From assembly GCA_018609195.1 (NCBI GenBank), contig JAHCSE010000018.1:4750-68749 (forward strand): a stretch of 64,000 bases of DNA, in the 5' to 3' direction. This stretch comes from Patescibacteria group bacterium. Lineage in GTDB: Bacteria; Patescibacteriota; Minisyncoccia; Minisyncoccales; RBG-13-36-15. The notes below the pieces were generated by a model, which was given only the letters and a program-made list of their open reading frames with translations, was not told the DNA's origin and made no database searches. A program made the translations under genes and the position numbers. Numbering within the stretch: position 1 is the stretch's first letter; every line of letters starts with the position of its first letter. This document shows positions 37,093 through 46,439 of the stretch, in pieces.

Positions 37093-38196
37093 ATGAAAAT
37101 CACTTTATCAATAATCAAAGCAGATATTGGCAGTATTGCCGGACATATCAAGCCCAGTCAAAAATTATTGGAGACAGTGGAGAATTATGTCAAACAAAAG
37201 AGCAAGGGTCTTTTCATTGATTCTTATATTGGCTTTACTGGGGACGATATCGCCATTTTGAGCACTCATAAGAAAGGGGTTTTAGCAGAGCCAGTTCACA
37301 AACTTTGCTGGGATGCCTTTATTGCAGGAACTAAGGTGGCAAAGTCACAGGGGCTTTACGGAGCAGGCCAAGATTTACTGAAAACGGCTTTTTCGGGGAA
37401 CGTGAAAGGGATGGGGCCAGCTGTGGCTGAAATGGAAATTGAAGAACGACCAGGTGAACCATTTTTGTTCTTTGCTGCAGATAAAACTGATCCTGGGGCT
37501 TATAATCTACCCTTATACCTCACCTTTACGGATCCTATGCATACCCCTGGTTTCATGTTAGCTCCTCAAATCAAAAAAGGCTTCAAGTTTATAATCATGG
37601 ATGTGAGTTTTACCAAGGCTGATAAAATTATTGAATTGGTATCACCCGAAGAAATTTATGATATCGCAGCTCTCCTTCGTGATCCAGAAAGATTTGTGGT
37701 GGATTCAATCTGGTCAAGAGCAACGAAGGAACAGGTGGTAGTAGTGAGCACCACAAGACTCCACAATATCGCAGGGAAATATGTAGGAAAAGATGATCCC
37801 GTGATGCTCGTGAGGTCTCAGAAAAACTTTCCTGCAACCGGTGAAATTCTTTCTCCCTACATAATCTCTCCTTATGTTGGAGGAGACTTAAGAGGTTCTC
37901 ACAACCTTCCTTTGATGCCGGTAAAGAAAAACTCTTCCATTCCCTATTTCGATGGCCCCCCTATCGTTTCTTGTTTGGGTTTTTGCGTCCACGAGGGAAA
38001 ATTGACAGAACCTGCAGACATCTTTGGTCAGCCCTTCTGGGATTATGTGAGAGATAAAGCTGCAAGGAAAACAGAGGAAATGAGGCGTCAAGGATTTTTC
38101 GGAGCGGCAATGTTGCCTTATGCAGAACTGGAATACGGAGGAATTGTGAAAACCTTAAAGGAGCTTGAGAAAAGATTTATTGTTAGAAAAAAATAA
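37093..38196 (+). CDS. fbp: bifunctional fructose-1,6-bisphosphate aldolase/phosphatase (class V FBPase)
   Basis: MKITLSIIKADIGSIAGH N-terminus and overall length typical of archaeal-type FBP A/P. Confidence 0.85.
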   Translation: MKITLSIIKADIGSIAGHIKPSQKLLETVENYVKQKSKGLFIDSYIGFTGDDIAILSTHKKGVLAEPVHKLCWDAFIAGTKVAKSQGLYGAGQDLLKTAFSGNVKGMGPAVAEMEIEERPGEPFLFFAADKTDPGAYNLPLYLTFTDPMHTPGFMLAPQIKKGFKFIIMDVSFTKADKIIELVSPEEIYDIAALLRDPERFVVDSIWSRATKEQVVVVSTTRLHNIAGKYVGKDDPVMLVRSQKNFPATGEILSPYIISPYVGGDLRGSHNLPLMPVKKNSSIPYFDGPPIVSCLGFCVHEGKLTEPADIFGQPFWDYVRDKAARKTEEMRRQGFFGAAMLPYAELEYGGIVKTLKELEKRFIVRKK

Positions 38197-38264
38197 CCCT
38201 GCGCTGTCGTCGAAAGCGACTCTCCTAAGGGTTGATTACGAATATACGAATTCGTAGGTGGTTT

Positions 38265-38717
38265 ATGAATAAGTTATTAATTTTGATTGTTGCAATAATC
38301 TTACTGGTTATTTTACTGTTTTCTTTTTTAGCCTGGAAGGGTTATCAAATATCAAAAGAGCGGGCACTTTCTGTTTCCACTGACCAAAAAGAATATCAAG
38401 TAGAAGAAAATCCAAAAGTAAAAATTAAGAACAATTCAAAAGAAACTGTTTGTTTTTCCTCTTGTTATCCTTATTATTTGGAGAGAAATAATGGCTCTCT
38501 CAAATCCTATAGTTATGGCAGCTGCCCCGATCCTGATGTGGCTGAAACCTGCATTGATCCCAGAGAGCTTAAAACCTTTGAAATTTTATTAGTAGATAGA
38601 ATGAAATTAGAGAAAGGTATCCACCGAATAGCTATTCCTGCTTGTATTGGCTGCACCTTGCAGGAAAATTTCAGAAAGGATAAGTTCTTTTACTCCAACG
38701 AATTCCTTATTAAATAG
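38265..38717 (+). CDS. hypothetical membrane-anchored Cys-containing protein
   Basis: MNKLLILIVAIILLVILLF signal anchor and 6 Cys in the ectodomain. The ORF-track start at 38232 is less likely. Confidence 0.45.
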   Translation: MNKLLILIVAIILLVILLFSFLAWKGYQISKERALSVSTDQKEYQVEENPKVKIKNNSKETVCFSSCYPYYLERNNGSLKSYSYGSCPDPDVAETCIDPRELKTFEILLVDRMKLEKGIHRIAIPACIGCTLQENFRKDKFFYSNEFLIK

Positions 38718-38721
38718 AGAT

Positions 38722-39441
38722 ATGCTGACCTTACCTGTTAAAATTCGCCAAACTTTTGGAAAGGAAACAAAAACCCTTAGAAATAAGGGTCTTTTACCTG
38801 CTATAGTTTATGGCCCAAAAATAAAATCTCTGCCCTTAGAATTGGATTACAAAATCTTTGAAAAAGTTTACAAAGAAGCTGGAGAAAGCTCTCTCATCTC
38901 TCTTGAGATTGAAAATCAAGGAGAAAAGCCTTCAGTTTTAATTCACGAAATTCAAAAAGATCCTCTATCTGATAAAATAATCCATGTTGATTTTTACCAG
39001 GTTCCTGTAGATAAAGAGGTGGAAGCAAAAGTTTCTTTAATTTTTGAAGGAGAGACAAAAGCAATTAAAGAATTAGGAGGAACCTTAATTAAAAATATTT
39101 CTGAATTGGAAGTTAAAGCCCTTCCTCAAAATTTGCCAAAAGAAATTAAAGTGGGAATTTCACAGCTGAAAACTTTTGAGGATAATATTTTAATTAAAGA
39201 TCTGAAGATACCTAAAGGGGTGAAAATTTTACGAGACCCAGAAGAAATCGTAGCGAATGTCGTTCCCCCTGAAAAAGTTGAAGAGGAATTAGAAAAACCA
39301 ATTACTGAGGCAGTGGAAGAAGTAGAAAAGGTAGCCGCCAAAGGCGAGCCTCGCCAAGAGCGGGAAGAAAAGAAAGAAGAGGAAGAGGTGAAAGAAGAAA
39401 AAGAGGGAAAGAAAGAAGAAGAAAGTGCTAAAGAGAAATAG
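38722..39441 (+). CDS. rplY: ribosomal protein L25/Ctc with K/E-rich tail
   Basis: MLTLPVKIRQTFGKETKTLRNKGLLPAIVYG. The ORF-track N-extension (38647) overlaps the previous gene and is rejected. Confidence 0.85.
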   Translation: MLTLPVKIRQTFGKETKTLRNKGLLPAIVYGPKIKSLPLELDYKIFEKVYKEAGESSLISLEIENQGEKPSVLIHEIQKDPLSDKIIHVDFYQVPVDKEVEAKVSLIFEGETKAIKELGGTLIKNISELEVKALPQNLPKEIKVGISQLKTFEDNILIKDLKIPKGVKILRDPEEIVANVVPPEKVEEELEKPITEAVEEVEKVAAKGEPRQEREEKKEEEEVKEEKEGKKEEESAKEK

Positions 39442-39458
39442 TTAATTGTTAATAGCTA

Positions 39459-40796
39459 ATGGTTACTCGGTTTTTAAAATTTGTTTTGCTTTTTACTCTC
39501 CTGTTGGCTTTCATTTTGCCAAATTTGGAGAGTTTTGCTCTTACCCCAACAGAAGAAAGAGAGGCGCTGGAGGCAGAATTAAGAGAATTAGAGGAACAAA
39601 TTGCGAAATATGAAACAGATATTACCAAGACTCAACAAGAGAAGAAAACTCTACAAAATCAAATTTATATTTTAAAAAGGAAAATCGGAAAATTGAATCT
39701 TCAAATTCAAGGATCAAATGTGATGATTCGCGATGTAACTCTCCAAGCTAAAGACACTGAAAGTTCAATTGAAACTACCTCCTTGAAAATCGGGGATTCT
39801 AAGACGCAGCTAGGAAATTTGTTAAGAAAAATTTATGAAGAAGATCAAAAGACCCTTTTTGAGATATTAATTTCTGAAGAGAGTATTTCTGATTTTTTTG
39901 CAAATTTAGTCTATCTCGAAAATTTAAGTGAAAATTCATTTCAACTCCTCCAAAATATTAAAAGCCTAAAATCGAAACTTCAAACTCAGAAAGAAACCCT
40001 AAGTACAGAAAAAGAAGACTTAGAGAGAATTCTTAAAATACAAATTTTGCAAAAAAGAGAAGCTGATGTGACAAAATTCGAAACAGATATACTTTTGAAA
40101 AAAACTAAAGGTGAAGAGGCCCTCTACCAAAAATATCTCAAAGAAACTCAAGCAGAGGCAGCTGAAATCAGGGCAAGAATTTTTGAATTAATCGGGGTAC
40201 CTAAAGCTCCAACTTTTGGGGAGGCCTTAGAAATTGCAAGATATGTGGAAAGTATCACCGGAGTGAGACCGGCTCTTTTACTGGCGGTTTTAACCCAGGA
40301 GTCAAATATCGGAAAGAATGTTGGCCAGTGTTATTTAAAAGATCCTGCTACGGGAACGGGGGTTGTTATTGCAACTGGAAAATCGATTTCAAGGGTGATG
40401 AAACCTTCTCGTGATGTGCAACCGTTCTTGCAAATCACCCAGGCTTTGGGCAGAGACCCTTATAATACGCCGGTGTCTTGTCCAATGTCCTTTGGGTGGG
40501 GAGGGGCAATGGGACCTGCCCAATTTATCCCTTCTACCTGGAATTTGTACAAGGACAAAGTAGCAGCTATCACCGGAAAAACAGCCGATCCCTGGGACAT
40601 CAGAGATGCCTTTTTAGCAGCAGCCGTTTATCTAAAAGATTTTGGAGCAGCTTCCCAGAATCCGAATGATGAATGGCGAGCAGCTATGATTTACTTCTCC
40701 GGCTCCACCAATACCAGATATCGATTTTACGGAGACTCAGTTTTGGCTATTGCTTCTCGCTATCAACGAGATATTGAGACACTTGAAGGAGTATAA
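39459..40796 (+). CDS. secreted coiled-coil protein with C-terminal lytic-transglycosylase-like domain
   Basis: Signal peptide, ~230-aa coiled-coil, and GAMGPAQFIPSTW (SLT/MltB-like). Confidence 0.6.
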   Translation: MVTRFLKFVLLFTLLLAFILPNLESFALTPTEEREALEAELRELEEQIAKYETDITKTQQEKKTLQNQIYILKRKIGKLNLQIQGSNVMIRDVTLQAKDTESSIETTSLKIGDSKTQLGNLLRKIYEEDQKTLFEILISEESISDFFANLVYLENLSENSFQLLQNIKSLKSKLQTQKETLSTEKEDLERILKIQILQKREADVTKFETDILLKKTKGEEALYQKYLKETQAEAAEIRARIFELIGVPKAPTFGEALEIARYVESITGVRPALLLAVLTQESNIGKNVGQCYLKDPATGTGVVIATGKSISRVMKPSRDVQPFLQITQALGRDPYNTPVSCPMSFGWGGAMGPAQFIPSTWNLYKDKVAAITGKTADPWDIRDAFLAAAVYLKDFGAASQNPNDEWRAAMIYFSGSTNTRYRFYGDSVLAIASRYQRDIETLEGV

Positions 40797-41890
40797 CCTA
40801 ACTTAGTATTCAAAGTCTCAATGATCTTATCCAAGTTCCCGGCTAAAATCCTATCTAAATTTTTCCAGGACTTTTTAATCCGGTGGTCAGTTAATCTATC
40901 TTGGGGGAAATTATAAGTTCTAATTTTTTCTGCTCTCTTTGCCCAACCAATCTGGGCTTTTCTTTTTCCGTGAATTTTCTCTTCTGACTCTCTCTCTTTT
41001 TTCTCCAAAAACCTAGCTTCTAAAATCGAGAGAGCATTTTCTTTATTTTGTAATTGATTTCTTTCAGTTTGAGAAGTAACCACAATACCTGAGGGGGAGT
41101 GAGTAATTCTCACTGCAGTTTCCCTGCGATTTACATATTGGCCCCCTGGGCCTGAAGCCCGGTAAAAATCAATTTTTAAATCTTCTGGATTTATTTTAAT
41201 TTTCGCCTTCTTTGGTTTAGGTAGAATGGCAACTGAAGCCGTAGAAGTATGAACTCTTCCCCCCTTCTCGGTTATGGGAATTCTCTGAACTCGATGGACG
41301 CCTCCTTCATATTTCATTTTCGAGAAAACATTTCCATTTGATAACTCAAAGATTACTTCTTTAAAACCTCCGATCGAACTTTCCCTTGAATCTAAAGTTT
41401 TTTGCCTCCAGCCTTGAGACTGGGCATATTTTAAATACATTCTAAATAAATCTCCGGCAAAGAGCGCAGCTTCTTCCCCACCTGTACCTGCTCGAATCTC
41501 AACAATTACTGATTTTGGGCTTCGACTGAGTCCTTCGGCAGTGAGCTTAGGGCCGAACTGCTCAGTCAAACGTCCCTCCTCTGGTTCTTTATTTTGTATA
41601 AGTTCTTGGATCTCTCTCTCTAAATTTTTTTCTCTGGATTTAAGTCGAGTAATTTCCTCCTCAGCTAAAGAAGATAGCTGAGGATCTTCTCCGGCATTTA
41701 ATATTGTTTTGTTTTCTTCAATTTGGTTTCTCAAATTTTTTATTTCAGTATTTTTTTCAATAATTTTTTCTAATCGGTTTTTTCTTTTCGTTAAAGCTTC
41801 AAATCCTTCCCAGTGAGAAATTAGCCCAGGATCTGAGAGCTTTTGGAGAATGTTGTTGTATTCCTTTTGGATTTCTTCGGGATTTACCAT
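40763..41890 (-). CDS. prfA: peptide chain release factor 1
   Basis: GGQ motif (SGPGGQYVN); RIPITE (PxT-type tripeptide); EIRAGTGGEEAALFAGDL. Confidence 0.85.
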   Translation of the reverse strand: MVNPEEIQKEYNNILQKLSDPGLISHWEGFEALTKRKNRLEKIIEKNTEIKNLRNQIEENKTILNAGEDPQLSSLAEEEITRLKSREKNLEREIQELIQNKEPEEGRLTEQFGPKLTAEGLSRSPKSVIVEIRAGTGGEEAALFAGDLFRMYLKYAQSQGWRQKTLDSRESSIGGFKEVIFELSNGNVFSKMKYEGGVHRVQRIPITEKGGRVHTSTASVAILPKPKKAKIKINPEDLKIDFYRASGPGGQYVNRRETAVRITHSPSGIVVTSQTERNQLQNKENALSILEARFLEKKERESEEKIHGKRKAQIGWAKRAEKIRTYNFPQDRLTDHRIKKSWKNLDRILAGNLDKIIETLNTKLGYTPSSVSISR

Positions 41891-41908
41891 GTTTTTTCGC
41901 TGTTATAA

Positions 41909-42118
41909 TTATTTTCTTTTTTTTGCTAATCTCTTTCTAAATTTTTCTACTCTTCCCATCGTATCTAAAATCCTCGTTTTCCCAGTATAAAAAGGGTGGC
42001 ATTTTGAGCAAATCTCAACTTCAATAAATTCTTGAGTTGAACCTACAGTAAAAGTATTTCCACAGGCGCAATGGACCCTTGCTTCTGAGAAATATTGTGG
42101 ATGTATGTTTTTTTTCAT
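41909..42118 (-). CDS. rpmE: ribosomal protein L31
   Basis: [20 protein letters not shown]. Confidence 0.9.
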   Translation of the reverse strand: MKKNIHPQYFSEARVHCACGNTFTVGSTQEFIEVEICSKCHPFYTGKTRILDTMGRVEKFRKRLAKKRK

Positions 42119-42167
42119 GCTATTTTATTTCTTTATCAATCTGATTCCTAAACCAGAAAGAGGAAAA

Positions 42168-42269
42168 TTAAGGTATTAAAGTTGGAATTAAAGTATCCCA
42201 AGAATTCACCATATACCAGCCAATAATTGCAACGGCAATTATAACAGTGAGAATATCAAATTTACTCAT
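42168..42269 (-). CDS. possible 33-aa single-TM mini-protein
   Basis: Not in ORF track. MSKFDILTVIIAVAIIGWYMVNSWDTLIPTLIP*. No other support. Confidence 0.25.
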   Translation of the reverse strand: MSKFDILTVIIAVAIIGWYMVNSWDTLIPTLIP

Positions 42270-42314
42270 ATATTCCGATTTTACTCAAAATCTAAATAAA
42301 ATCAAGGGAGTATA

Positions 42315-43064
42315 TTATTTTAATCTCTTTGGATAATTTTCAATTTGAGATAATAAATCTCGATTTACTAACTCCCAAAGTTTTTTTGCTGTTAAAAACA
42401 TCTCAAGATAAATTTGGTGGTTGTTTACTTCTTTTAATTCACATATTCCTTTTGCCAGAGACCATTTATGGGGGCAAGTTGTATCTCCTTCTTTAATATC
42501 AGGCTCACCTCCTTTTTCTCTTTTTTTAGCCCCACATAGACTGCACTCTTGATACTGATCGATTCTCAAAATCCAATGAGTTTCAGCTTTTCTCAAATCT
42601 CCTTCATTATGAGCTTGGAAATAAGCTGCGGTTTGGATAAATTGATCATCCCAGACTCTATCGGTCGTCTTTAAATCCAAAACTCCAAAATTTCCATCTA
42701 TTTCAGTTAAAACATCAAGGGTACCTGTATAAAAATGTTTATTACTTACCACCCTCCTTTCAACATCAAAGGCTTTCACTTTGTGCGCCTTTAACCAATG
42801 AGAAAAAGCGTCTACGGAAGGTGAAATGAGAGGGTCTACTTCAGGGGCTTCGCCCATAAGCATTTTTTCTATTGTATCGTGGACTAAATTACCAAAATCA
42901 AATATTTTTCTCCTCTTTTCTGTCATAGCAGCAACACTTCCGTGTTTCGCAAACCACTTTTCTAAACCAGGTTTCCCAATGATTTTACAGATAGCAGTAA
43001 CTCTTGGGTACCAAATTCCTCCAACCTTATATCCGTTTATTGACTTAAAAAATTGTAAATCCAT
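42315..43064 (-). CDS. PD-(D/E)XK nuclease family protein (RecB/Cas4-like) with C-terminal Cys cluster
   Basis: GTLDVLTEIDGNFGVLDLKTT (D..DxK) and C-terminal CSLC..C..C. Confidence 0.6.
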   Translation of the reverse strand: MDLQFFKSINGYKVGGIWYPRVTAICKIIGKPGLEKWFAKHGSVAAMTEKRRKIFDFGNLVHDTIEKMLMGEAPEVDPLISPSVDAFSHWLKAHKVKAFDVERRVVSNKHFYTGTLDVLTEIDGNFGVLDLKTTDRVWDDQFIQTAAYFQAHNEGDLRKAETHWILRIDQYQECSLCGAKKREKGGEPDIKEGDTTCPHKWSLAKGICELKEVNNHQIYLEMFLTAKKLWELVNRDLLSQIENYPKRLK

Positions 43065-43101
43065 ATATTGGAAAAATAGGAAAGATTACTTTTTTCATTA
43101 T

Positions 43102-43131
43102 ATTATAACAAAAAATCGCCAAAAAGGCGAG
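43102..43131 (-). terminator. ATCGCC..GGCGA hairpin + extended -10 (TGTTATAAT) module
   Basis: Minus strand: ctcgcctttttggcgattttttgttataat. Confidence 0.5.
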
Positions 43132-43156
43132 ATCTTCTTTAGATAATCTATGTACC

Positions 43157-43996
43157 TTACAAGTCCTCCCCAACAAAATATAATTCTCTATTCATTTTTC
43201 TATCAAAACCGACATATTCTGCTTTATTGGAAATTACTTTTTCATATTTCTCACATTTAAAGCACTTCCCCGATGGGTGTTTACAGCGCAATTCTTCCTT
43301 ATCTATTGCCTTTTTGATCTCCAATGCCTTTTCTTGAATGATTGGAATATAAAATTGGGGAGTATTTAATTTTCTCAAAACAGGATGGCCATCTTTTTCC
43401 AGATACCAGTAACTCGTCTTTTCAATCGGCTTTTTAAAATTATAATTTCCTAAAATCAGATAAATTGGCAATTGCAAAGAGCTCTTCTCTTCCTCGGATT
43501 TACCAGTTTTGAAATCTATGATATGAAGCGATCCTGTGGGTAATATCTCAACCCAATCAATGCCTCCGACTAAAACAATATCTCTATCCGGGAACAATCT
43601 AACTTTTGGCAAATCACCTCCTATTGTATAAGATTGATTGTGAATTATTTGAGAATTCTCCAATTTCTCTATCATTTTCCTTCCTCTCGCATAAAAAATT
43701 TTCTCTTTTTTAAGTGGGGAAAAACCTCCTCTTTTTCCGCTAAAGAATTGCCATATTCTCTCAAACCTATCTAATAGGGGAATATCTTTTCGCTTTTCAG
43801 GTTCCAAATTATAAATCTCGTCCACGGATCTGTGAACTACCGTTCCTAAAGTTAAATAAGGATCTACCACCTGAATTTTTCTTTCTGTTACTGGAGTGTG
43901 GTATAAATTCTTTAAATAATACAATCTCGGGCAATTCTTAAAATCTGAAATTCCTGAATAAGAAATCCAAAGGGTCCGCTTTAATTGATAATTCAT
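43157..43996 (-). CDS. Cas4/AddB-type PD-(D/E)XK nuclease with putative 4-Cys cluster
   Basis: N-terminal FKNCPRLYYL, GGIDWVE..IIDFKTGK, and C-terminal CKHPSGKCFKC. Confidence 0.65.
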   Translation of the reverse strand: MNYQLKRTLWISYSGISDFKNCPRLYYLKNLYHTPVTERKIQVVDPYLTLGTVVHRSVDEIYNLEPEKRKDIPLLDRFERIWQFFSGKRGGFSPLKKEKIFYARGRKMIEKLENSQIIHNQSYTIGGDLPKVRLFPDRDIVLVGGIDWVEILPTGSLHIIDFKTGKSEEEKSSLQLPIYLILGNYNFKKPIEKTSYWYLEKDGHPVLRKLNTPQFYIPIIQEKALEIKKAIDKEELRCKHPSGKCFKCEKYEKVISNKAEYVGFDRKMNRELYFVGEDL

Positions 43997-44016
43997 AATA
44001 ATTTTGTTATTTCGAT

Positions 44017-44736
44017 TTAACCTAAGAATTGACCAATTGCAACAACAAAAATAATACCCAATAAAACCAAGAATATATTCAAGAAGTTATATTTTTTATG
44101 GATTTCTGGCACTAAATCAGAAGCCCCAATATAGATAAAGCTGCCGGCGGCGGCTGCCAGTAACCAACCCAAAACGAAAGGCGAAATTCCTTGGATGAAT
44201 AAAAAGGTTATAATAGCTCCAAAAGGAGTAGCCAAAGCTACAATCCATGCATAGAATAGGGCTTTGCTTCGGAAAGCTTGGTCGTGCATTAATAATGTAT
44301 AAATAAAAACTCCTTCGGCGGTCTCGTGGAGAATAACAGCTAAAGAAGTGATTAATCCCACAGTAAAACTGACCCCGAAACCAACACCAATAATAATTCC
44401 ATCAATCAATGAATGCAAAGCTATGCCTAAAAAACTGGTTGTACCTAAAGCGTGAGCGTGGTATTCTTCTTCACGACAGGAGTGAATGATAATTAAATGC
44501 TCAACCAGGAAAAGAAAGAAAATTGAGCCTAGTGTCCAGTAAAACCAGGTAGGATTTTTTTCAATTGCTTCTGGTAATAGTTGAAAAAAAGCATTGGCGA
44601 GTAATACTCCAATTGCAAAACTGAGCAGAAAAATAGCATTGCGTTTTGTCCAGTTTTCAAAACGCCTGACAAGATAAACTCCGAAGATTGTCGAAAGTCC
44701 AGCTATAAAACTGTAAATGATGACATTGATTAACAT
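44017..44736 (-). CDS. ZIP family divalent metal (zinc) transporter
   Basis: HSLIDGIIIG and HETAEGV motifs; 8 TM helices. Confidence 0.85.
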   Translation of the reverse strand: MLINVIIYSFIAGLSTIFGVYLVRRFENWTKRNAIFLLSFAIGVLLANAFFQLLPEAIEKNPTWFYWTLGSIFFLFLVEHLIIIHSCREEEYHAHALGTTSFLGIALHSLIDGIIIGVGFGVSFTVGLITSLAVILHETAEGVFIYTLLMHDQAFRSKALFYAWIVALATPFGAIITFLFIQGISPFVLGWLLAAAAGSFIYIGASDLVPEIHKKYNFLNIFLVLLGIIFVVAIGQFLG

Positions 44737-44754
44737 AATTTATTCGGCATGAGA

Positions 44755-45378
44755 TTATTTCGAATTTTGGGTACGCTCAAGGATGAAGTGGAGAAGATGG
44801 GCAGGAGCTAAAGTAGGGTAGGGGTCTTGGCTAGCAGAAAGAATGCGAAAATACTGGCCAAATAATTCTTTGATTAATTCTGGAGTAAAACGTTCGCCAA
44901 TACCTTCTGGGTTTTTGGTGGAAAAGACAGAAAGGTAAACTAAGCTTTTTGGTTTAAGAACTTTGAGTATGTTTTGAAAATAAAGCGTTCGATTTGCAGG
45001 TAAAATGTGGTGGAATAAACCCCGATCGATTGCAGCTTCAAAAAACTCTTTTTCGTAAGGCAGATTCAAAGCATCGCCAACTTGGAAATGGATGGTATTA
45101 GCTACTCCTGCGGCTTTGGCAGCCTCTTTCGCTTCCTCAATAGCAGTCTCTGAAGAATCAATACCCCAGACGACATTACCTTCTTTTACAGCACGAATTG
45201 AAATCCAGCCGTCACCACAACCAATATCGAGGATTTTAGCTTTAGGGTATTTTTGCGAAAGTACACGAAAGAAATCATCTAAAGCAGGTTCCGCTCCATG
45301 TTTAACCCAGGGTTTTTCTCCTGCCTGATACATTCCTTCAAAATGCTCTTTTATTTGTTTTTGCCTCTCAAGATCCAT
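44755..45378 (-). CDS. class I SAM-dependent methyltransferase
   Basis: ILDIGCGDGW (motif I). Start taken at MDLERQKQ. The ORF-track N-extension to 45537 overlaps a better small ORF. Confidence 0.75.
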   Translation of the reverse strand: MDLERQKQIKEHFEGMYQAGEKPWVKHGAEPALDDFFRVLSQKYPKAKILDIGCGDGWISIRAVKEGNVVWGIDSSETAIEEAKEAAKAAGVANTIHFQVGDALNLPYEKEFFEAAIDRGLFHHILPANRTLYFQNILKVLKPKSLVYLSVFSTKNPEGIGERFTPELIKELFGQYFRILSASQDPYPTLAPAHLLHFILERTQNSK

Positions 45379-45391
45379 TATTGGATGATTG

Positions 45392-45571
45392 CTATTTCTC
45401 AGTTTCGGTTTCCGACGCACTATCTTCTTTTTCAAAAGCCCCGCCGTGCTTATCATCCGTACAGTTGCATTCTTTGAGTGGCTGATTATTTTTAGGACAA
45501 TCTGACGCTTGGCAGGTGCCAGGATTATCCGAAACACCTTTACATCCGCCAGTGCAAATATAATGTGCCAT
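45392..45571 (-). CDS. 59-aa Cys-rich (6 Cys) small protein, possible metal-binding
   Basis: Not in ORF track. MAHYICTGGCKGVSDNPGTCQASDCPKNNQPLKECNCTDDKHGGAFEKEDSASETETEK*. Sits just downstream of the hairpin/-10 module at 45625-45658. Confidence 0.5.
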   Translation of the reverse strand: MAHYICTGGCKGVSDNPGTCQASDCPKNNQPLKECNCTDDKHGGAFEKEDSASETETEK

Positions 45572-45624
45572 ATGTTTTTACCTTTTCATTATTATTTAAA
45601 ATTGATCGACCATTTTTATCTTCC

Positions 45625-45658
45625 ATTCTACCAAAAACCGCCTTCTTGGCGATTTTTT
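45625..45658 (-). terminator. hairpin + extended -10 (TGGTAGAAT) module
   Basis: Minus strand: aaaaaatcgccaagaaggcggtttttggtagaat. Confidence 0.55.
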
Positions 45659-45680
45659 GTGTTGTGTAGATATACACAGC

Positions 45681-46439
45681 TCATTCTTGCGGAAATACAG
45701 CCTTCAAATCTGCCCGTGCGCTTTCTAACTCTGATTTAAAATCTTCAATTGCTTTTTTGATTGCTTCTCTTCTCGCAGCAATAAGCGTCTCCTTCGGAGT
45801 CTTTAGTTTCTCAATCTCTTGCCGATCGCTTGCAAGCTTTTCTCGAGCTGCTCTCAGATCGGCGCGCAAATTCTCGCGGGCAGTTCTTGGATCGACGCCG
45901 TTTTCACAATCAGAAGTAGCTTTTCCAAAAGCAGATTGAATGGAATTTCTAAAGGTACTGACCACTGTATCAACAGACAATTTGTGTGAAGCAATCGCTT
46001 CTTTTACGCCTTCACGAAAATCCTGAATTGCTTCATCAATTGCAGCCCGACGAGTTGCTATTGACGCATTAATTGTTTCTTTAAACGCCACTACTGCCTG
46101 TTGTTGTTCATCAGTTTGTGCCCTTTCTTCCAACTTTGCAAAATGTTCAGCGCGATTGGCATCCCATTTCGCTCTCTTCTCTAAAATCCTTGCATCACGC
46201 TCACCCTGGCGTGTCTCAATCCTATTAGCTATCTCCGTACGTTTAGCTTCCAGCCTTGAATCACGATTGGCAATTCTCTGGTCAATATTTGAAGAAAGTG
46301 TTGAAAGTCGCGCACAGTAACCTTTTGCCTTCTCCTCGGCATTATCATGACCAGCAAAAATCAGAACGGGTACCAAAATACCCATTATTATTGCCGCCCC
46401 AAGTCCAGTTGTAAATATTTTTCTAGAGTTCACTTTCAT
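45681..46439 (-). CDS. hypothetical secreted all-alpha (A/R/E-rich) protein
   Basis: Signal anchor FTTGLGAAIIMGILVPVLIFAG followed by repetitive helical sequence. GC higher than the genome background. Confidence 0.5.
   Translation of the reverse strand: MKVNSRKIFTTGLGAAIIMGILVPVLIFAGHDNAEEKAKGYCARLSTLSSNIDQRIANRDSRLEAKRTEIANRIETRQGERDARILEKRAKWDANRAEHFAKLEERAQTDEQQQAVVAFKETINASIATRRAAIDEAIQDFREGVKEAIASHKLSVDTVVSTFRNSIQSAFGKATSDCENGVDPRTARENLRADLRAAREKLASDRQEIEKLKTPKETLIAARREAIKKAIEDFKSELESARADLKAVFPQE

Noticed and set aside
44755-45537. Long N-terminal extension of the methyltransferase ORF
   Set aside because: The extension (MFRIILAPAKRQIVLKIISHSKNATVRM..) is not domain-like and overlaps a better Cys-rich ORF in another frame. 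The methyltransferase fold begins after the internal Met at 45378.
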